From an uncultured Saccharicrinis sp. (GTDB lineage: Bacteria; Bacteroidota; Bacteroidia; Bacteroidales; Marinilabiliaceae): a stretch of DNA of 64,000 nt. This document shows, piece by piece, positions 56,941 through 64,000 of the stretch. Made by a program: the position numbers and the translations under genes. Position 1 is the first letter of the stretch. Each line of letters starts with the position of its first letter. The notes under the pieces are model-generated. The model ran no database searches. It was given only the letters and a program-made list of their open reading frames with translations, and was not told the origin of the DNA. The stretch lies in assembly GCA_963677345.2 (NCBI GenBank), contig CAXXLC010000023.1:21991-85990 (forward strand), given 5' to 3'.

Positions 56941-57006
56941 ATTAAAGCTTGTTAGAAAGCGCAAATGTAATATAAATTTTCAATCCATAGATTCTATTAT
57001 TACACA

Positions 57007-58171
57007 TTAGGAGACAAGTATTTTCTTAACTATTTTACGATTCCCATAATGAATAGCAAAAATATAGATACCATTTTCAATTCCACTTAAAGAAATAATT
57101 GTGCTATCTATTGATTTTTGCATTACCATTATTCCTGTTAAATTATAAAGACGATAAAAAGCATTATTGACCAAATCCTCATCTAATAAAATAATAATAT
57201 TGTCTTCTGAATCGAAATAAAAAAACTCAGAATTTGAATCCTGTTCTTTATCAATTGGTATTTCTTTTCCATCCCATCCTGCCAATCGAGCCAAGATATA
57301 CCACATGGCATAAGCTTTTCTATTTGCAGTTATATGTTGTGTATTATGTGCGCCATAGGTAACACTTCCTCCTGGGGCATTTTTATTTTCGTAATAGCCA
57401 TTCCCAATTGTATTTCTATTCTGATAATCCAGGTAAAATTTCCCTGTTCCTCCATACAATGCTGAATTGCCATCATCACCGGAGTCTAACCAATAATTAT
57501 CATTCATACAATGGGTATCAATACTATAATAATCCAGACAATAATACCCTTTAGCATTACAATATTCTGTAATTAAATTAGCCTGATCTTTGGGTTTGCC
57601 TTTTCCTATATTGTTATTATAGTTAGCATGACCTGTCATGAAGATAAAATTCACCGGAATTTCACGTTGCTCTTCACCTGTTCCTACCTTAGAGCCCACC
57701 TTCTCCATATTCATTGATTAATGTTTGCATACCGGGTAGATAATTAGTAGCTACATCATGCCCTGCAATATTACACCACGACCACATTACAATATTAATT
57801 TGAGCATTTTCAGGATCATCAAGATAATCACGGGTTCTTTGAATAAAAGCTGTTTCCCCTGTGCTTAAATCATAACCATAAATATCATGAAATTCGAGTT
57901 TATTTGCTGTAGGGTTATTATTTGTTATTGCAAATAATTCATCATCCCCCGGCTTATAATCCTGCAGCCCACACAGTCCGTAATACACATGAGTACCGTG
58001 AGAAGTATGCCAGTACGCTATATTAAACTGGTTACGAGCCTTATCAATATATGTTTGAGGAATAGATCTTAAGACAGATTCTTTAGCAATAGTATAATCA
58101 GCAATAAACGTCTGTGAACGCCCCATTAAAAAGGCTGAGCAAAAAATGCAAAATGCAGCAAATTGTTTCAT
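57007..58171 (-). pseudogene. T9SS-sorted secreted protein, split by a single frameshift
   Basis: The upstream piece has a signal peptide (MKQFAAFCIFCSAFLMGRSQT). The downstream piece ends in a Por_Secre_tail-like C-terminal domain (YRLYNLTGIMV...GIYIFAIHYGNRKIVKKILVS). The ORFs overlap at 57689-57714, and removing one base in ggtgggctctaagg joins ...NEYGEGG to SKVGTGEEQREIPVNF. Confidence 0.65.
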
Positions 58172-58242
58172 GATGTTGTGTTTTGTGTTGATTATCAAAT
58201 TTACTTCATAATTGAGCAAAACACAAGTCTCTTTTGACCAAC

Positions 58243-58268
58243 AAAAAAGCCATCTAAAAAGATGGCTT
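58243..58268 (-). terminator. Rho-independent terminator
   Basis: The hairpin gccatct-aaaaa-gatggc is followed by a T-run on the minus strand. Confidence 0.65.
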
Positions 58269-58291
58269 TATAATATACTGTATTTTTGAAT

Positions 58292-58669
58292 CTAATTACA
58301 TCCTGCAGCAGCTCTGGCTTCTGCAATAACTTTTAATGACATTGATTTAAAGGCAATGTAAGCAGGCGAATTAAGATTCACAGATGATTCTCCATTAAGA
58401 CATCCTAAATAATTATAAACCTCATTATAGGCATCATCACAATCATCTCCATCGCAAATAAAATTATTAGATTCTCCATTTTCATCATTCACTACCAAAT
58501 ATGAATTTTCTCCGTCACTACAAAAACTAACAGATGAAACATCACAAGTTTCAGGACTTGTATTTGGTATAAAATCACAAGTTTCATCACTATCATCATC
58601 CGAACAAGAAGTAGTGATAAACATAAACATCACCGCTAATGCTAGTGGTAAAAAAACAAACTTTTTCAT
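58292..58669 (-). CDS. Small Cys/Asp-rich lipoprotein
   Basis: 125 aa with a lipobox (ITTSC). The mature part is acidic and has seven further Cys residues. Confidence 0.55.
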   Translation of the reverse strand: MKKFVFLPLALAVMFMFITTSCSDDDSDETCDFIPNTSPETCDVSSVSFCSDGENSYLVVNDENGESNNFICDGDDCDDAYNEVYNYLGCLNGESSVNLNSPAYIAFKSMSLKVIAEARAAAGCN

Positions 58670-58680
58670 AAGTACAAATA

Positions 58681-59319
58681 TTAACTATTTAAAATAGATT
58701 CAATTCTTTTAATAGAGATTTCCCCTTTAAAAATATTGTTACGAAATATAAAAACCGGAGTTCCTGTAAATCCACATTTTTTAAACTCTTCAATATTTCT
58801 ATGTATTTCCAATATGTTATTTCCTGACATATAATCCTGAGCGATAGCCTCATTATGTTCTAATATATAATTTAAAAGATCCTCATAATTCTTAGAATAA
58901 ACCAAATTAAAATTAAACAACAGCATTTGATGAAACTTATCATATTCTCCATATTTCGAAACACTAATTGCAGCAGAATAAGCATCAATTGATTTTTTAT
59001 TCTTTATCAACGGAATTACCCTAAATCTTAAATTAATTTTACCTTCGCTAAATATTTTTTTTTCTATATCAGGTAAAACCTCATTAAAAAAATGCACACA
59101 ATGAATACATCTATAATTTCCATACATATATATTGATTCCCCGGCATCAAGAGAACCAAATATGATATCACTATCCCTTGGTTTCAAGGCTTGACGAATA
59201 ATATCATGATTATATTTTCCATCTCTATCTTCAAAATACCCAACCAACTTATAAACGACAAAAGCCGAAAAGAAAGCAAACAGTGAAACCAGAATTACAC
59301 GCAATCTTATATTATTCAA
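58681..59319 (-). CDS. Membrane-anchored thioredoxin-fold DsbA-like oxidoreductase
   Basis: 212 aa with an N-terminal TM helix, a CIHC (CxxC) active site in YGNYRCIHCVHF and a C-terminal GTPVF motif (the cis-Pro loop of DsbA-like proteins). Confidence 0.7.
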   Translation of the reverse strand: MNNIRLRVILVSLFAFFSAFVVYKLVGYFEDRDGKYNHDIIRQALKPRDSDIIFGSLDAGESIYMYGNYRCIHCVHFFNEVLPDIEKKIFSEGKINLRFRVIPLIKNKKSIDAYSAAISVSKYGEYDKFHQMLLFNFNLVYSKNYEDLLNYILEHNEAIAQDYMSGNNILEIHRNIEEFKKCGFTGTPVFIFRNNIFKGEISIKRIESILNS

Positions 59320-59336
59320 TTTTTTATACTTTAAAA

Positions 59337-62300
59337 TTAAAAATCGGTATTATATTTCACCATTTTTGGGAAAAACACAAAGCCCAATACTCCTTTTTTC
59401 ACCTTAATTGTTGTCTGCATTTTATTCCTATCCTTTTTATTATCAAACCAGGCTTTACTTTTACCATCCAGATAGCTTGACACATAATACCTACCTTTGT
59501 CATCAGCATCGAATCCACTGTCTAATACTTCTTTCTGTTTTGTTTTAACTTTACCTGACAAAATTTGTCCCAGAAGAGCTCTTATATGAAAATCATATTC
59601 TCCATTAAAACTATACATTCCCAAAAAAGATGCTTCAAATGAAGAAGAGAAAATATCTGTTTTGGGAATATAGATCTGATTATCGTACATGAACAAACTG
59701 CTTGACAAGGTGCTAAAATGAAGGTTATTCAGATTTTTAATGCCAATACCAGGAATACTTTCCAGATCGGATATTGCTTTAAGTCCTATCAGTGCACCAT
59801 TCTCTAATTTTAAATCACCTGACAACAACATTGAATCCAATACCGGCATATAATTATGCAAAATAACCTTACCATCCATTTTAGAAGAAAACAATCCCTG
59901 TACATTTTCCTTTGTAATTTCATATTCCTGCACATATTCCTGCAATTCATCTATCATCCTGGAAACATCTATATTATCAGCACTTAATCTAAAATCCAAA
60001 ACATCTCTAAGTATCGTATCTTTTGGAGCATCAGTCATCATATATTTTAATGATCCACCAATACCTCCACCAAAAACATCACATACAAGATCGTCTGCTA
60101 CATACAAACCTTTACTAACATCAGCCAGAAATTTCGATTGAATATTCTCAGCTAAAACATCACCATATTTCACACTTTTAGCTTTTGCCTTGCCATTAAC
60201 TTTAATGGAGTAATTCTGTACATATGGTTCTTCATTTAAGGCCTCTTCCATTGCCTTACTCTGTTCACTTTCACTCATAGGTACAGTATCATTCATTAAC
60301 TTATCTATCAATGCATAATCAAAATCACCCACACCAAAGTTACCGTGAACAAATAAATCCTTTCTATTATTTTGAATTGCGGCTGTATATAAACCTGATA
60401 TTATTGTTGAATCGGCAGAAAAATCCAAACCGCAATAAGCTCCTTCAACCCTATCCACCCGCAATGTGTCAGAACTATATTTTAATTGTCCAAACAGATT
60501 TTTAACACTCATAATTGTATCGGGCATATCTACTGTTACAGCATTAAATGACACTCCAAATTGACTCTTTTCAAATAAAAGAGGCATAGCCTGATCCGCC
60601 ACTGAATCGATATAAAATTGTCCTTTAGAAGAAACAAACCCACTTACTGATCCACTAAGGTTGTTAACAATAGAATCAGGAAGTATCCTGGCAATTTCGT
60701 TAAGTTCCAATTTAGTATTAACATTCAAATCATAATTAACATGATCCAAACCTTTAACTTTTCCAGACAATGCCAAATAAGAATCCTGCATTTTTAACAT
60801 TAAACTATCAATATTTAATGCCACATTTTTATAGTTACTAATCTTTCCCTTGAATGCTGTTTTCAAATAGCCATCAGTAACATCAATATTATACTCGGGT
60901 ATTTTTACTTTTACTCCTTTAAATCCAAAATTATGTGCATTATAGGTAAATGAACCAGAAAAATCATTGATCTCAGGTATTGAATCCATTTTAACGTTTA
61001 CATTATTACATTTCAGGTTCAGTTTAGTTCTTCCCAAAGCATAATCATAAAAATCATCGGTTATAGAATCAGGTAACAGTCCTGAGGTAGATATGTTGGC
61101 TGAAACTATACCTCCTAAATCGTTAAGCAGCGAATCCGGAACGAAAGGTTTTATTTCTTGTAACCCCAGAGTAATATCGGCAACCACATCATATTGTATA
61201 TTATTCATATTTTGAATCAAAGCCGAGACATCAACTTTACTGCTTTGTGTTTCTGCATGAAATTGTTTTACATTCACAGAAGCAGATTCAAGACGAGACG
61301 CATAACCATTAACAACATTAACCGAAAGATTAATATTTTTTACTTCGGGGTAGGTATCATACTTAATATTACCCTCACTTAATTCAATATTAAAATCTAA
61401 CTGGGGAATTGAATTCGGACTGATATAACCATGAGTTGATCCGGAAAGGTTTAAATGGCCGCCCAGGTCTTTCAGTTGCAAATCCCTTTTTAATTTAGAA
61501 GGTAAAAACTTAAAACTCTTGGCCAAATCAATATCTGCAGCCGATATTGAGAGATTTTGATACAAACTATCACCCTTGATAACAAATCCCTTTCCTTTAA
61601 AAATGGCACCGGCAGCATCTAATGTTAAATCCTCCACGTCCAAAGTATCATTCATTGCGCTAATATCAAACAGCAAACGACTCTTTTGAAGATCTTCCAG
61701 ATGAAAGTTATCATACTCAACAGACCTTACCATTAATTCACCTTCTGTATGAGCCAGGTAACCTTCAGGTTTTACTTCACCTTTGACAATAACTTCAGGT
61801 ATAGACAAGCTGGTATTAAACTTCATAAAATCATCTACATAATCGATATCAATATCCGAAAGAGTCAATTTTTCTAACGAGTAAACACCCTGAATAACGG
61901 TTGTATCGGTTGTTTCCTGAGGTAGGGTATCCACACTTGAAGTTAAAAGAAAATCGAAATTGCTGTTACCTAAAGAATCAACAATATATTTGAAATTAGC
62001 ATTTTCGATATCAATCTTTTTTACAAAAATATTTCCATCTATCAGCTCCCATAAATCGACAGAGGCATATAATTTTGATATTTTGGCAAGCGTATCAGGT
62101 ACAAGCCTTAGAGAATCATTGGCTACCGTCCCAGAAGTCATAACAAGATCTTCGAACTCAATAGTAGCCAGGGGGAACCGGTATATTAAACTAAAATCAA
62201 CATCGCCAACACTTAGTGGAACATCAAAGGTTTTAGCACCTTTTTGTATAGCTAATTTAACGATATCGTTTTTAAAAACTTCGGCAAGAATGACCAATAA

Positions 62301-62357
62301 TAAAATAAAACCACCTATTATAACGAATAGATTTCGTAGGAGATGCTTCTTCTTCAT
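59337..62357 (-). CDS. AsmA/TamB-like outer-membrane biogenesis protein
   Basis: 1006 aa with a single N-terminal TM anchor. A long beta-rich repetitive body follows, typical of AsmA-like proteins. Confidence 0.7.
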   Translation of the reverse strand: MKKKHLLRNLFVIIGGFILLLVILAEVFKNDIVKLAIQKGAKTFDVPLSVGDVDFSLIYRFPLATIEFEDLVMTSGTVANDSLRLVPDTLAKISKLYASVDLWELIDGNIFVKKIDIENANFKYIVDSLGNSNFDFLLTSSVDTLPQETTDTTVIQGVYSLEKLTLSDIDIDYVDDFMKFNTSLSIPEVIVKGEVKPEGYLAHTEGELMVRSVEYDNFHLEDLQKSRLLFDISAMNDTLDVEDLTLDAAGAIFKGKGFVIKGDSLYQNLSISAADIDLAKSFKFLPSKLKRDLQLKDLGGHLNLSGSTHGYISPNSIPQLDFNIELSEGNIKYDTYPEVKNINLSVNVVNGYASRLESASVNVKQFHAETQSSKVDVSALIQNMNNIQYDVVADITLGLQEIKPFVPDSLLNDLGGIVSANISTSGLLPDSITDDFYDYALGRTKLNLKCNNVNVKMDSIPEINDFSGSFTYNAHNFGFKGVKVKIPEYNIDVTDGYLKTAFKGKISNYKNVALNIDSLMLKMQDSYLALSGKVKGLDHVNYDLNVNTKLELNEIARILPDSIVNNLSGSVSGFVSSKGQFYIDSVADQAMPLLFEKSQFGVSFNAVTVDMPDTIMSVKNLFGQLKYSSDTLRVDRVEGAYCGLDFSADSTIISGLYTAAIQNNRKDLFVHGNFGVGDFDYALIDKLMNDTVPMSESEQSKAMEEALNEEPYVQNYSIKVNGKAKAKSVKYGDVLAENIQSKFLADVSKGLYVADDLVCDVFGGGIGGSLKYMMTDAPKDTILRDVLDFRLSADNIDVSRMIDELQEYVQEYEITKENVQGLFSSKMDGKVILHNYMPVLDSMLLSGDLKLENGALIGLKAISDLESIPGIGIKNLNNLHFSTLSSSLFMYDNQIYIPKTDIFSSSFEASFLGMYSFNGEYDFHIRALLGQILSGKVKTKQKEVLDSGFDADDKGRYYVSSYLDGKSKAWFDNKKDRNKMQTTIKVKKGVLGFVFFPKMVKYNTDF

Positions 62358-62428
62358 TGCTTAATGAGTGTTGATTTTGAGCTAACGAAAATATAAAAAA
62401 TAAATCCGTATAATTGTTAATCTACCAT

Positions 62429-62456
62429 AAAAAAAGGCTCCTTGAAGGAGCCTTTT
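62429..62456 (-). terminator. Rho-independent terminator after nqrF
   Basis: The hairpin aaggctcc-ttga-aggagcctt is followed by a T-run on the minus strand. Confidence 0.7.
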
Positions 62457-62499
62457 AATCACTTCAGGTGAATACCTGAATATCTAAATGTCTTAATCA

Positions 62500-63759
62500 T
62501 TAAGATCCAAAGTCATCAAATGCAATCATTTCATCAGGCACACCTAAATCATAAAGCATTTTATTCACTGCATCGTTCATCATTGGAGGTCCACAAAGAT
62601 AATATTCAATATCTTCAGGCTCTTCATGATTAACCAGGTATTCATCATGAATAACCTGATGGATAAATCCGGTAGAACCTTCCCAGTTATCTTCAGGTTG
62701 AGGATCACTCAATGCAATCTTAAACTTAAAGTTAGGAAATTGCTTTTCGATAGCCTCGAATTGCTCTTTATAAAAAATTTCTTTAACTGAACGGGCACCA
62801 TACCAGAAAGTAGCCTTACGACCAGTTTTTACAGTATGGAACATATGGAAGATATGCGAACGCATAGGAGCCATACCTGCACCACCACCAATAAACATCA
62901 TCTCACGGTCAGTATCCTTAATAAAGAACTCTCCATAAGGACCGGAAACAGTAACCTTATCACCAGGTTTACGAGAGAAGATATAAGAAGAACAAACCCC
63001 AGGATTCACTTTCATAAATCCACCATTTACCCTGTCGAACGGAGGCGTAGCAATACGAATGTTCAGCATCACGATATTACCCTCTGCAGGGTGGTTAGCC
63101 ATTGAGTAAGCACGGAATGTTTCCTCAGGGTTCACCATTTTTAAATCAAAGATGCCATACTTTTCGTACTCATCGCGAAATTTCTCACCGATCTCCATAT
63201 CTTTAAAATCAACAGTGATTTTAGGTACATCAATCTGAATATATCCACCCGACTTAAAGTGCTAAAGTTTCGCCCTCAGGCAATTTCACACACAAACTCT
63301 TTAATATAAGTAGCCACATTGTTGTTTGACACAACAGTACATTCCCACTTTTTAATACCAAGAATCTCCTGAGGAATATGCATTTTAAGGTCTTCTTTAA
63401 CCTTAACCTGACAAGCTAAACGCCAGTTATTGGCTTGCTCTTACGAGTAAAATAACCAGTTTCAGTGGGCAAAATAGAACCAGCCCCTTCATTAACCTGA
63501 CAACGGCACATAGCACAAGTACCACCACCTCCACATGCAGAAGGAGAAAGATTTTATTACTTCCTAAAGCAGACAATAATGTTTGACCAGGAGCTACTTC
63601 CAAAGCTTTTTCGCCCTCATTAATGTCAATAGTAACTGTTCCTGCCGGTGTTAACTTTTGTTTAACCCACAAAAGTATTGACACCAACAGTAGGATAACA
63701 AGTAAGAAAACTACCACACTGGTAGTGATTACCGTACCCTGACTTGCTAAAAATATCAT
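62500..63759 (-). pseudogene. nqrF: Na+-translocating NADH:quinone oxidoreductase subunit F, with at least 5 frameshifts in its N-terminal third
   Basis: The C-terminal FAD/NAD domain is intact (62500-63198). Upstream blocks are SACGGGGTCAMCRCQV (2Fe-2S ligands), [44 protein letters not shown] and [25 protein letters not shown]. They are readable only by switching frames between 63230 and 63550. Confidence 0.85.
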
Positions 63760-63781
63760 AGTATATCTGTTTTCTTACTTT

Positions 63782-64000
63782 TTATAGTTGAATACCCATA
63801 AAACTCATAAATGCAATACCCATTAAACCGGTTACGATAAATGTGATACCCAAACCTCTTAATGGAGCAGAATGTCAGAGTATTTTAATTTTTCACGATA
63901 GCAGCAATACCTACAATAGCAAGCAACCAACCAATTCCGGAACCCAGGCCGAAAGAAGTAGCTTCAGCTAAAGATGCATACTGACGCTCTTGCATAAATA
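63782..64000 (-). pseudogene. nqrE: Na+-translocating NADH:quinone oxidoreductase subunit E (partial, runs off the window), frameshifted
   Basis: The minus strand reads ...SFGLGSGIGWLLAIVGIAAI, then breaks. REKLKYSDI and [28 protein letters not shown] are recovered after two 1-nt frame corrections. Confidence 0.75.

Noticed and set aside
59283-62364. Plus-strand ORFs (59283-59480, 60311-60505, 61194-61382, 61960-62364) opposite the asmA-like gene
   Set aside because: All are antisense to a long, continuous, well-supported CDS and have compositionally biased translations.

Overview
The window reads as a low-GC Bacteroidota chromosome segment. Supporting signs are a type III glutamine synthetase, a T9SS C-terminal sorting domain, an nqr/apbE locus and TAnnTTTG-type -7 promoter boxes. 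About 85% of it is ordinary housekeeping coding sequence: nth, zupT, ftcD, a DEAD-box helicase, glnN, gpmI, two identical tRNA-Phe genes, recR, flavodoxin, apbE and nqrF/nqrE. Four things stand out. (1) An accessory island at about 29.3-36.1 kb starts with roughly 4.3 kb that has almost no ORFs. That stretch is built from a 488-bp tandem repeat (2.7 copies), 11-bp helically phased repeat arrays, heptamer runs, 88-bp and 65-bp dispersed direct repeats and many GC-rich hairpins. It is followed by a KilA-N gene with an in-frame stop, deleted integrase/IS91-type transposase remnants and a MITE-like element. (2) A seven-gene minus-strand cluster (37.07-42.52 kb) joins a PspA/IM30 protein and YjfI/K/L/M-like partners (YbjN-like, DUF4178, DUF350, Ser-rich GGFG-tailed protein) to a membrane-anchored spermidine-synthase-like enzyme and an AdoMet decarboxylase. 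I read this as a putative envelope-stress/polyamine system. (3) A free-standing archaeal-type ThrRS editing-domain protein. (4) Two patches (51.2-55.0 kb and 63.2-64.0 kb) where conserved genes, including essential holA and nqrF/nqrE, carry dense frameshifts. These look like local sequence-quality problems rather than biology. An ISBst12-like single-ORF IS66 element sits next to a truncated serpin gene at the left edge. No CRISPR array, rRNA or intact prophage is visible.
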